Origin: Acidimicrobiales bacterium
GTDB taxonomy: Bacteria > Actinomycetota > Acidimicrobiia > Acidimicrobiales > JACDCH01
Assembly (NCBI GenBank): GCA_051000215.1
Contig: JBPCON010000003.1
Span: 10,321 to 74,320, forward strand
DNA: 64,000 nt
Reading direction: 5' to 3'
Part shown: one piece after another, positions 1 through 7,451 of the stretch
Layout: the number at the start of each line of letters is the position of its first letter
Numbering within the stretch: position 1 is the first letter of the stretch
Made by a program: the position numbers and the translations under genes
The notes under the pieces: model-generated
Database searches by the model: none
What the model saw: only the letters and a program-made list of their open reading frames with translations
What the model was told of the DNA's origin: nothing

Positions 1-829
1 CAGCCGAAAGCGTCATCAGCGGGGAGCGCAGCTCGTGTGAGACGTCGGACGCGAACCGGGCGTCGCGTTCGACTCGATCCTGCAGCGCCTGGGCCATGTC
101 GTTGAATGAGGTGGCGAGCACCCCGAGATCGGGATCCTCTGCGGCCTCGAGACGCGTGTCGAGTCGGCCGCCCGCAATGGCCTCCGCGGCCTGACTGACG
201 TCGGCGAGGGGGCGCAGCGCGCGGCGCGACGCCCACCAGCCCAGCGCCGCGCCGGCGAGCGTCGTGAGGATCGAAGCTCCCAGGAGCGAGAAGCCGAGCG
301 ACTCGAGCGTCGACTGGAGATCGTCGAGGTCGACGATCTCGAAGTACTCGGCCTGGACCGAGGGCAGGGGCACACCCACGGCGAGCGCGGTCTTGTCCTT
401 CAGCGCGAACGTCATCCTCGCCGGTTGCTCCTCGGTGACGACCGTGGTGCGCAGCGCGGCGGGTATGGCCTCCTGGCCGACCTCGGCGGTGAGGCTGAAC
501 CACCGGTTGCCGTAGTGCAGCAGCGGGCGCGATCCCGCTTGCACCTGCAGCGATGGCAGCAGCTGGGTCTGGATCTGCTCGACGCTCAGCTCGGGGAGGC
601 GGTTGCGCACGATGCTGGCGTTCACGTACACCTCCGTGAGCACGGCCGACTCGCGCTGGTTGCGCAGGTTCGCGCGGGTGAGGGCGAACGTCGTCAGTGC
701 CAGCGTCGCCGACAGAACCATGGCCCCGAGCGCGAACGCGATCGTGATGCGCGCTCGCAGCCCGAGCCGTGCCGGGCGCAGCCGGGCCAGCCGGGCGAGG
801 AACCGCCTCGTCTCCTTCGGCTCGGCCAC
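1..829 (-). CDS. sensor histidine kinase, N-terminal ~276 codons (gene continues beyond window start)
   Basis: Absent from the ORF track because it runs off the edge. My reverse-strand translation from GTG at 829 gives two hydrophobic segments, a HAMP-like linker (DLGVLATSFNDMAQAL) and the H-box SHELRSPL at the window edge. The start directly follows the response-regulator stop (TGA-GTG). Confidence 0.8.
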   Translation of the reverse strand, partial: MAEPKETRRFLARLARLRPARLGLRARITIAFALGAMVLSATLALTTFALTRANLRNQRESAVLTEVYVNASIVRNRLPELSVEQIQTQLLPSLQVQAGSRPLLHYGNRWFSLTAEVGQEAIPAALRTTVVTEEQPARMTFALKDKTALAVGVPLPSVQAEYFEIVDLDDLQSTLESLGFSLLGASILTTLAGAALGWWASRRALRPLADVSQAAEAIAGGRLDTRLEAAEDPDLGVLATSFNDMAQALQDRVERDARFASDVSHELRSPLMTLSA

Positions 830-1510
830 TCAGCTGAGGAGCTTGTAGCCCAGGCCCCGCACGGTGGCCACGTGCCGGGGGTTGGCCGGATCGGCCTCGA
901 TCTTGGTGCGGAGACGCCGGACGTGGACGTCGACGAGGCGGCCGTCGCCGAAGTAGCCGTAGCCCCAGACCCGCTCGAGCAGCACCTCGCGGGAGAAGAC
1001 CCGCCCAGGGCTCGAGGCCAGCTCGCACAGCAGCCGGAACTCGGTCTTGGTGAGGTGCATCTCCACCCCAGCACGCCGAACGACGCCAGCGTCGGGGATG
1101 ATCTCGAGGTCGCCGAAGCGCATCGTCGTCGTCTGGGCGTCGGGCTTGCGCGCCCGACGCATCAAGGCGCGGATGCGCGCCGAGAGCTCCTTGGGCTGGA
1201 ACGGCTTCGTCATGTAGTCGTCGGCCCCGGCCTCGAGCCCGGCGACGACGTCGTAGGTGTCGGCGCGGGCCGTGACCATCACGATCGGCACGTCGCTGTT
1301 GCGCCGGATCGAGCGGCATACCTCGAAGCCGTCCATGCCGGGCAGCATGATGTCGACCAGCACGACGTCGCTCGGGTGCCGGGCGAACGTCTCGAGCGCC
1401 TCCTCGCCGGTCTCAGCCTCTTCGACCGCCCACCCCTCGTCTTCGAGCGCCATCTTGAGCGTCGTGCGGATGCGCTCATCGTCCTCGACGGTCAGGATGC
1501 GGGGGGCCAC
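830..1510 (-). CDS. OmpR/PhoB-family response regulator (MtrA-like)
   Basis: 226-aa ORF. Receiver domain (VLVDIMLPGMDG, KPF) plus winged-helix output (VWGY, RLVDVHVRRLRTKIE, VRGLGYKL). Confidence 0.93.
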   Translation of the reverse strand: MAPRILTVEDDERIRTTLKMALEDEGWAVEEAETGEEALETFARHPSDVVLVDIMLPGMDGFEVCRSIRRNSDVPIVMVTARADTYDVVAGLEAGADDYMTKPFQPKELSARIRALMRRARKPDAQTTTMRFGDLEIIPDAGVVRRAGVEMHLTKTEFRLLCELASSPGRVFSREVLLERVWGYGYFGDGRLVDVHVRRLRTKIEADPANPRHVATVRGLGYKLLS

Positions 1511-1519
1511 TCCTGCAGG

Positions 1520-1873
1520 CTAGTGCTGGTGGTGCTCGCCCTCGTCGGGCCCGTCGGGCTCGCCTTGGAGCGCGAATGCTGCGAGGAGGGCATCCTGGCC
1601 GGCCCCCCCTTCGGTCCGGTAGTGCAACCCACCCGTGAGCCCCGTGCCCAGCGTGCGGCACGACGCGAGCGCGTCGAGCCCTTCTTCGGTGTAGTCGTGG
1701 AGGCCTCCGAGGTCGATGTCGACCCGGCACGGGGCCCGGTCGAGCTCGGCGCGGAGGGTGTCGACGAGCGCGGGACCAGCCACGGAATCGAGGAGACTCG
1801 CGACCCGGATGGTCACCGTCTCGCCGATGCTGTCGGCTTCGGCGGTGCGATCGACGGAGGTCGGCAGGGACAT
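1520..1873 (-). CDS. small STAS-like (anti-sigma-antagonist-like) protein with His-rich C-terminus
   Basis: 117-aa ORF directly upstream of the response regulator on the same strand. The pattern VTIRVASLLDSVAGPALVDTLRAEL...VDIDLGGLHDYTEEGLDAL resembles the STAS fold. Judged by eye only. Confidence 0.4.
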   Translation of the reverse strand: MSLPTSVDRTAEADSIGETVTIRVASLLDSVAGPALVDTLRAELDRAPCRVDIDLGGLHDYTEEGLDALASCRTLGTGLTGGLHYRTEGGAGQDALLAAFALQGEPDGPDEGEHHQH

Positions 1874-1936
1874 CCGTCGAGCCTGCCAACGGCCGTGCCT
1901 CCGCGCCAGTCAGGACGGTGACGATCTGGTTACGGG

Positions 1937-2743
1937 TTAGGCCTCCCGGGCGCCAGCTTCCCGCAGCAGCGATGCGAGGGGGTCGAAAAGCTCGGGTGGG
2001 GCGGCCAGCACCGTGTCAGCGAGCTCGGTGGCGCCGTCGAGGTCACCGACGCGAGCGCCGGCTTCGGCGGCGATGAGCGCCCCGGCCGCGAGGTCCCACG
2101 GACCGAGACCTCGCTCGTAGTACGCGTCGACCCGACCGCAGGCGACCGAGCACAGGTCGACGGATGCCGCACCCATGCGGCGGATGTCGCGCACCCGAGC
2201 GACGATCCGCTCGAGCACACGAGCTTGCGCTCGGCGACGAGCGGGGTCGTATGAGAAGCCGGTGGCGACGAGGGCGGTCGACAGCTCCGCTTTGTCCGAG
2301 CAGTGGATCGCGCCGCCGTTGCGCGTGGCGCCGCGCCCTGAAACCGCGGCGAACACCTCATCGTGGAGTGGGTCGTGCACGACGCCGACGGCGCGGACCC
2401 CATGGACCTCAGCTGCGATCGACACCGAGAAGCCCGGGTGACCATAGAGGTAGTTGGTCGTGCCATCGACGGGGTCGACGAGCCACCGCACGCCTGTCGT
2501 GCCTGTCTCGGCCGTTCCCTCCTCGCCGATGATCGCGTCGTCGGGGCGAGCGGCTCGCAGCTCCTCGACGATGAGGGCCTCGGAGGCGCGATCGATCTCG
2601 GTGACCATGTCGGTCAACGACGACTTCGTCGCGACGTCGGCTCGGGCGCGGCCGAGCCCTTCGACCAGCAGGGATGCTGCGTCGTCGGCGACCCGCAGCG
2701 CCAGCACCAGCAGCTCATCGAGGAGGGCGGCATCGGGCGGCAC
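1937..2743 (-). CDS. inositol monophosphatase family protein (SuhB/ImpA/HisN-type)
   Basis: 268-aa ORF with IMPase motifs EEG, WLVDPVDGTTNY and WDLAAG. GTG start at 2743. Confidence 0.88.
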   Translation of the reverse strand: MPPDAALLDELLVLALRVADDAASLLVEGLGRARADVATKSSLTDMVTEIDRASEALIVEELRAARPDDAIIGEEGTAETGTTGVRWLVDPVDGTTNYLYGHPGFSVSIAAEVHGVRAVGVVHDPLHDEVFAAVSGRGATRNGGAIHCSDKAELSTALVATGFSYDPARRRAQARVLERIVARVRDIRRMGAASVDLCSVACGRVDAYYERGLGPWDLAAGALIAAEAGARVGDLDGATELADTVLAAPPELFDPLASLLREAGAREA

Positions 2744-2765
2744 GAGCCCAACCTATTCTCGGCCC

Positions 2766-3776
2766 GTGCCTGCCTCGCTCATCGATCTGCGGTCCGACAC
2801 CGTGACTCGACCGACGGAGCAGATGCGCCGCGCGATGGCGCACGCCGAGGTGGGCGACGACGGCTACGGCGAGGACCCAACGGTTCGCGCGCTCGAGGAG
2901 GCGTTCGCCCAGCGCGTCGGCAAGCCGGCCGCGCTCTTCGTCCCATCCGGCACCATGGGCAACCAGATCGCGTTGCGGCTCCTCGGCCGGCCGGCCACGG
3001 CCGTCGTGCTCGGTCGCCGCCAACACCCCCTGGCCTACGAGCATGGCGCTTCGGGGGTGAACGGCTCCTACCAGCTGCACGCCGTCGACGACGACGACGG
3101 CACGCTCGACCCCGACGAGCTGGCCGAATTGGTCGCCGGCGTCGAGCACCACTGGCTGCCCGTGTCGGCGGTGTGCGTCGAGAACGCGCACATGCCCGCC
3201 GGGGGTGTGCCTTGGCCGATCGAGCGGCTCGCGGCCGTCGCTGCTGTCGGGGTGCCTGTGCATCTCGATGGCGCCAGGCTCTTCAACGCATCGGTGGCCA
3301 CCGGGATCACCCCTGCTGCCTACGCCGCGCACGCCGCGACCGTGATGTGCTGCCTGTCGAAAGGTCTCGGAGCGCCAGTCGGGTCGCTGCTGGCGGGCCC
3401 TCGCGATCTCCTCGACGAAGCTCGCCACGAGCGCAAGCGGCTCGGCGGCGAGATGCGCCAGGCCGGCATCGTCGCCGCCGCGGGGCTCGTCGCTCTCGAA
3501 CACCACGTCGAGCGGTTGGCCGACGACCACGCCCGCGCCAGGCGCCTGGCCGAAGCCGTCGCCGAGCGGTGGACCGGGTGCATCGATCTCGAGCGCGTGG
3601 TCACCAACTGCGTCGTGTTCCGCCACGAACATCCCCCCGGCCTGATCGCACACTTGCTTGCCGAGGATGTCCTGGCCGGCACCATCGCCGCGCGGACCGT
3701 GCGGTTCATGACCCATATCGACGTCGACGACACGGCCATCGATCGCGCGGTCGACGCGGTGCGGTCCGCGCCGTGA
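2766..3776 (+). CDS. ltaE: low-specificity L-threonine aldolase
   Basis: C-terminal 336 aa of ORF 2454..3776. LIDLRSDTVTRPT, GDDGYGEDPTV, PSGTMGNQIAL and CLSKGLGAPVGS (PLP lysine) are typical. In-frame GTG at 2766 chosen as start; the upstream part of the ORF is antisense to the IMPase gene. Confidence 0.85.
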   Translation: MPASLIDLRSDTVTRPTEQMRRAMAHAEVGDDGYGEDPTVRALEEAFAQRVGKPAALFVPSGTMGNQIALRLLGRPATAVVLGRRQHPLAYEHGASGVNGSYQLHAVDDDDGTLDPDELAELVAGVEHHWLPVSAVCVENAHMPAGGVPWPIERLAAVAAVGVPVHLDGARLFNASVATGITPAAYAAHAATVMCCLSKGLGAPVGSLLAGPRDLLDEARHERKRLGGEMRQAGIVAAAGLVALEHHVERLADDHARARRLAEAVAERWTGCIDLERVVTNCVVFRHEHPPGLIAHLLAEDVLAGTIAARTVRFMTHIDVDDTAIDRAVDAVRSAP

Positions 3777-4477
3777 TCCTCGACGTTGTGCCGACGGTCG
3801 CGCTCGCTCTGTTCGCGCACCCCGACGACCCCGAAGTCGCCTGCGCTGGCTCCTTGGCGCGCTGGGCGGCCGCCGGCTGCGAGGCGCATCTCGTCATCGC
3901 CAACCTCGGCGACAAGGGCTCGATGGACCCGGCAGCGGACGGGAGCGCTCTCGCCGAGCAGCGCGCGGCCGAGGCGGAGGCGGCGGCGACGATCATGGGC
4001 CTTGCCACCCACGAGCTCTGGGGGGTGCCCGACGGGCTGCTCGAGAACACCGACGAGCTCCGTGAGCGCCTCGTCGCGACGATCCGGCGGCTTCGTCCCG
4101 ATGTCGTGATCGCGCCCGACCCCACAGCGGTGTTCTTCGGCGACGGCTACGTCAACCACCACGACCATCGGGCGCTCGGATGGGCGGTGCTCGACGCTGT
4201 TGCACCGATGGCCGCCTCGCCGCTGTACTTCCCGGCCGCGGGCCCCGCGCACCAGGTCGGCATGCTGCTGCTGGCCGGCACGCTCGAGCCCGATACCTGG
4301 GTCGACGTCGAGGAGCAGCTCGACGTCAAGCTCGACGCGATCCGCTGCCATGCAAGCCAGCTCGGCGAGGGCGTCGAGCTCGTGCCTGAGGTCGTCATCG
4401 CTCGCGCGGGCGAGGCTGGCCGAGCCGGCGGTGCCCGCTACGCTGAGGGCTTCCGCCGCATCTCGTTCTCGGTCTGA
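3773..4477 (+). CDS. PIG-L family deacetylase (LmbE/MshB-like)
   Basis: Last 234 aa of ORF 2363..4477. AHPDDPE, HHDH and CHASQL motifs. GTG at 3773 overlaps the ltaE stop (GTGA). Confidence 0.8.
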   Translation: MILDVVPTVALALFAHPDDPEVACAGSLARWAAAGCEAHLVIANLGDKGSMDPAADGSALAEQRAAEAEAAATIMGLATHELWGVPDGLLENTDELRERLVATIRRLRPDVVIAPDPTAVFFGDGYVNHHDHRALGWAVLDAVAPMAASPLYFPAAGPAHQVGMLLLAGTLEPDTWVDVEEQLDVKLDAIRCHASQLGEGVELVPEVVIARAGEAGRAGGARYAEGFRRISFSV

Positions 4478-4743
4478 CCCTCACGAGACTCGATCGTCTT
4501 CCACTCGCCCATCGCTCGGAGGGCGAGCACCGCCACCACAGCGACACCGAACGCGCTGAGGACGCCACCAGCGAGCGCCCCGAGGGCCTTCGTCGTGCTG
4601 CTCGCGCCGTCGCCCTGGATGTCGACCAGCGCGTAGCCGATGAGCGCGCCGCACGCACCGCTGATGAGGATGGCGACGAACGCGATCACCCGAGCGCCGA
4701 CTGACGGGAGTGCGGTGTCGAGGTCGGGCTTCGCTGGCACCAT
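4438..4743 (-). CDS. small membrane protein (two predicted TM helices)
   Basis: Last 101 aa of ORF 4438..5427, from ATG at 4743. Hydrophobic segments VIAFVAILISGACGALIGYALV and LGALAGGVLSAFGVAVVAVLAL. The rest of the ORF is antisense to neighbouring genes. Confidence 0.5.
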   Translation of the reverse strand: MVPAKPDLDTALPSVGARVIAFVAILISGACGALIGYALVDIQGDGASSTTKALGALAGGVLSAFGVAVVAVLALRAMGEWKTIESREGQTENEMRRKPSA

Positions 4744-4764
4744 GGCGCCGTCGATCGTAGGGGT

Positions 4765-5160
4765 ATGGTCGACGCGGTGGACAAACCCGCCGAGCCCAAC
4801 GTCGAATTGGCCCGACGGTTCTTCGATGCCGTCAGCGCGCTCGACTCGACAGCCGCGTTGGCTTGCTGCGCCGAGGGTTGCACCTTCATGCGCCCCGATG
4901 TCGGTCACGTGCAGGACATGAGCGCCCAGTTGGGTCAGCTGCTCGGCGGCTTGAAGTCGGCCGACGGAACGATCACCTACACGAACCTCAAGACCGTTGC
5001 GACCACGGACGGCTTCGTCGAGGAGCACCAGGTCGAGGTCCAAGTGCTGGGCAAGACCATCTCGATGCCGGTGTGCGCGGTCGCGGAAGTCGCTGGAGGC
5101 AGGATCACTGCGCTCCGGGAGTGGCTCGACCCGAAGCCGCTCGCTGCGCTGGGCGGGTAG
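4765..5160 (+). CDS. NTF2/SnoaL-like fold protein
   Basis: 131-aa ORF. N-terminal NVELARRFFDAV and C-terminal GGRITALREWLD resemble the SnoaL/limonene-epoxide-hydrolase-like family. Confidence 0.55.
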   Translation: MVDAVDKPAEPNVELARRFFDAVSALDSTAALACCAEGCTFMRPDVGHVQDMSAQLGQLLGGLKSADGTITYTNLKTVATTDGFVEEHQVEVQVLGKTISMPVCAVAEVAGGRITALREWLDPKPLAALGG

Positions 5161-5163
5161 CGG

Positions 5164-5664
5164 TTGCGCGACTGGACCGTCGCGGGTGGCATCCTGCTCG
5201 ACGGCGACGCTGTGCTGCTCGTGCACAACCGCCGGCGCGCTGGGGGTTCGGACTGGAGCCCGCCGGGTGGGGTCATCGAGGTGGCCGAAGGGGAGAGCGT
5301 GGTCGACGGTCTCACCCGTGAGGTCGAGGAGGAGACTGGCCTGCGAGTGACCCGATGGCTCGGCCCGATCTACGAGGTGCTCGCCGAGGCGCCGGGGCTG
5401 GGGTGGCGGCTGCGGGCCGAGGTGCACGTCGCAGCGGCCTACGAAGGCGAGCTACGAGTGGCTGACCCGGACGGGATCGTCGTCGACGCGCGGTTCGTGC
5501 CCATCGCCGAGTGCACCCCGCACCTCGATGCTTGTCATCCCTGGGTGCGCGAGCCCCTCGCCGACTGGCTCGGCGAGCGTTGGGCCCACGACGCGGCCAC
5601 CCGCGCGTACCGCTACCACCTCGAGGGAGCAAACCTCGCGACCTTCGCCGTCACCCGCCTGTGA
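5164..5664 (+). CDS. NUDIX hydrolase
   Basis: 166-aa ORF with Nudix box GGVIEVAEGESVVDGLTREVEEETGL. TTG start. Confidence 0.85.
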   Translation: MRDWTVAGGILLDGDAVLLVHNRRRAGGSDWSPPGGVIEVAEGESVVDGLTREVEEETGLRVTRWLGPIYEVLAEAPGLGWRLRAEVHVAAAYEGELRVADPDGIVVDARFVPIAECTPHLDACHPWVREPLADWLGERWAHDAATRAYRYHLEGANLATFAVTRL

Positions 5665-5686
5665 AGCGCCAGAATCGTCTCCGCTC

Positions 5687-6955
5687 ATGAACAGGTCTCC
5701 TGTGGCTGACCACCGCACCATCCTGCACGTCGACATGGACGCGTTCTTCGTGTCGGTCGAGCTGCTGCGGCGCCCCGAGCTACGAGGGAAGCCGGTGATC
5801 GTCGGCGGCAGCGGCGACCGTGGCGTGGTCGCCGCTGCCAGCTACGAGGCGCGCCACTACGGCATCCACTCGGCGATGCCATCCACCCGCGCTCGGCGCC
5901 TGTGCCCACATGCCGTCTTCCTGCCAGGCGACCACTCGCACTACGGCGAGGCGTCGCAGCGCGTGATGGCGATCTTCCGGGCGACCACCCCGCTCGTCGA
6001 GCCGATCAGCCTCGACGAGGCCTTCCTCGACGTCACGGGTTCGCAGCGCCTGCTGGGGTCCGGACCGGAGATCGCTGCTCTGATTCGGCGGCGGGTGCTC
6101 GACGAGGAAGGCCTGACGTGCTCGGTCGGTGTGGCGGCCAACAAGTTCATCGCGAAGCTCGCCTCCGAGGCAGCGAAGCCCAGGTCGTCACGCGATGGCC
6201 CCGTGGCCGGGCTCGGGGTGAAGGTGGTCGCGCCGGGCGCTGAGTTGCGCTTCCTGCACCCGCTCCCCGTGCAGGCGCTATGGGGTGTGGGGCCGAAGAC
6301 CCTCGAGAAGCTGCACGCGCGTGGCATCCGCGTCGTAGCCGATCTGGCTGCGCTCGACGAGGACGACGCCGTGCGCTTCCTCGGCGTCGCCAACGGCCGT
6401 CACCTCTGGCGCCTCGCCCACGCCATCGACGACCGCGGGGTGACACCCGAGCAGGCCCCGAAGTCGATCGGTCACGAGGAGACGTTCGCCCGCGACCACC
6501 GCAGTCACGAGACCCTGCGTCGAGAGTTGGTGCGCATGGCCGACGCTGTCGGTGCCCGTCTGCGCCACAACCAGCTGACCGGACGCACGGTGACGATCAA
6601 GGTCCGGTTCCACGACTTCCGCACGATCACCAGGTCGGTCACCCTTCCCACGCCGATCGACACGGGCACGGGAATCGCCCGCGTCGCGAAGTCTCTTCTC
6701 AGCGACATCGACCCGAGCAGCGGCGTCCGCCTGCTCGGCGTGAGCGTGAGCGCGCTGGGCCGAGGTGCCGCGCGCCAGCTGACGCTCGACGACGCCGGCG
6801 TCGACGCCGGCAGTTGGGATGATGCCAGCAAGGCAGTCGATCTGATCAGGAACCGCTTCGGCGACGACGCCATAGTCCCCGCGACGTTGGCCGGTCCCGA
6901 CGGCGTGCGGGTCAAAAGGCGCGGTGACCAGCAGTGGGGACCGGGGGGGCGATGA
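5687..6955 (+). CDS. dinB: DNA polymerase IV
   Basis: In-frame ATG at 5687 inside ORF 5528..6955. ILHVDMDAFFVSVE, SLDEAFLDVTG and ANKFIAKLAS are Y-family polymerase motifs. Confidence 0.93.
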   Translation: MNRSPVADHRTILHVDMDAFFVSVELLRRPELRGKPVIVGGSGDRGVVAAASYEARHYGIHSAMPSTRARRLCPHAVFLPGDHSHYGEASQRVMAIFRATTPLVEPISLDEAFLDVTGSQRLLGSGPEIAALIRRRVLDEEGLTCSVGVAANKFIAKLASEAAKPRSSRDGPVAGLGVKVVAPGAELRFLHPLPVQALWGVGPKTLEKLHARGIRVVADLAALDEDDAVRFLGVANGRHLWRLAHAIDDRGVTPEQAPKSIGHEETFARDHRSHETLRRELVRMADAVGARLRHNQLTGRTVTIKVRFHDFRTITRSVTLPTPIDTGTGIARVAKSLLSDIDPSSGVRLLGVSVSALGRGAARQLTLDDAGVDAGSWDDASKAVDLIRNRFGDDAIVPATLAGPDGVRVKRRGDQQWGPGGR

Positions 6956-7046
6956 GGGCAGGATTGGGGCCGGGTCCGCGTTGTGGACCTCAAAGTGCTG
7001 TGCGAGACTTTCGCCAACACCAACACGGGTGACAGGGGTTGCGAGC

Positions 7047-7424
7047 GTGCCGCTCTCCGAAGACGAACAGCGGATCCTCTCCGAGATCGAGCATCAGTTC
7101 TACGAGACCGATCCTGGTCTCGCGCACGCTGTCGGGTCGACGACCCTGTACCGCCACGCCTTCCGCAACATCAAGTGGGCGAGCCTGCTGTTCCTCGCCG
7201 GTGTCGTCATCCTCGTCTGGGCTCTGGTCAGCATCGGCTACGTCGCGGCCTTCGCGGGCTTCCTCGTCATGCTCGGCGCCGCCCTCTGGATCGAACAGAA
7301 CGCTCGCAAGTTGGGTCGAGCAGGGTTGCAACAGGTGACCGCGTCCATGCGTGCTGCGGGGTTGCGCGACTACTTCGGCACGACCCGCAGCCGCGTTCGC
7401 GATCGCTTCAAGCGCGACGAGTAG
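7047..7424 (+). CDS. DUF3040-family membrane protein
   Basis: In-frame GTG at 7047 of ORF 6924..7424. PLSEDEQRILSEIEHQFYETDP followed by two TM helices is the typical DUF3040 layout. Confidence 0.7.
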   Translation: MPLSEDEQRILSEIEHQFYETDPGLAHAVGSTTLYRHAFRNIKWASLLFLAGVVILVWALVSIGYVAAFAGFLVMLGAALWIEQNARKLGRAGLQQVTASMRAAGLRDYFGTTRSRVRDRFKRDE

Positions 7425-7451
7425 CGCTGGCTGAGCCAGCGGTGTTGGCGC

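Noticed and set aside
425-1921. 498-aa plus-strand ORF spanning the two-component system region
   Set aside because: It is antisense to the clearly recognisable histidine kinase, response regulator and STAS genes. Its Arg/Gly/Ala/Pro-rich low-complexity translation has no motifs, which is typical of stop-poor antisense frames in GC-rich DNA.
2363-3772. N-terminal 470 aa of the 704-aa ORF 2363..4477, and similar long 5' extensions (38938..40287, 26927..27520, 11758..12048)
   Set aside because: Only the C-terminal parts carry family motifs. The extensions overlap other well-supported genes in different frames, and internal starts give classic 4-nt stop/start overlaps with the upstream gene.
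5640-5686. Search for a LexA SOS box (TCGAAC-N4-GTTCGA type) upstream of dinB
   Set aside because: No such palindrome exists in the 22-bp gap or in the adjacent NUDIX 3' end. dinB is probably co-transcribed with the NUDIX gene.
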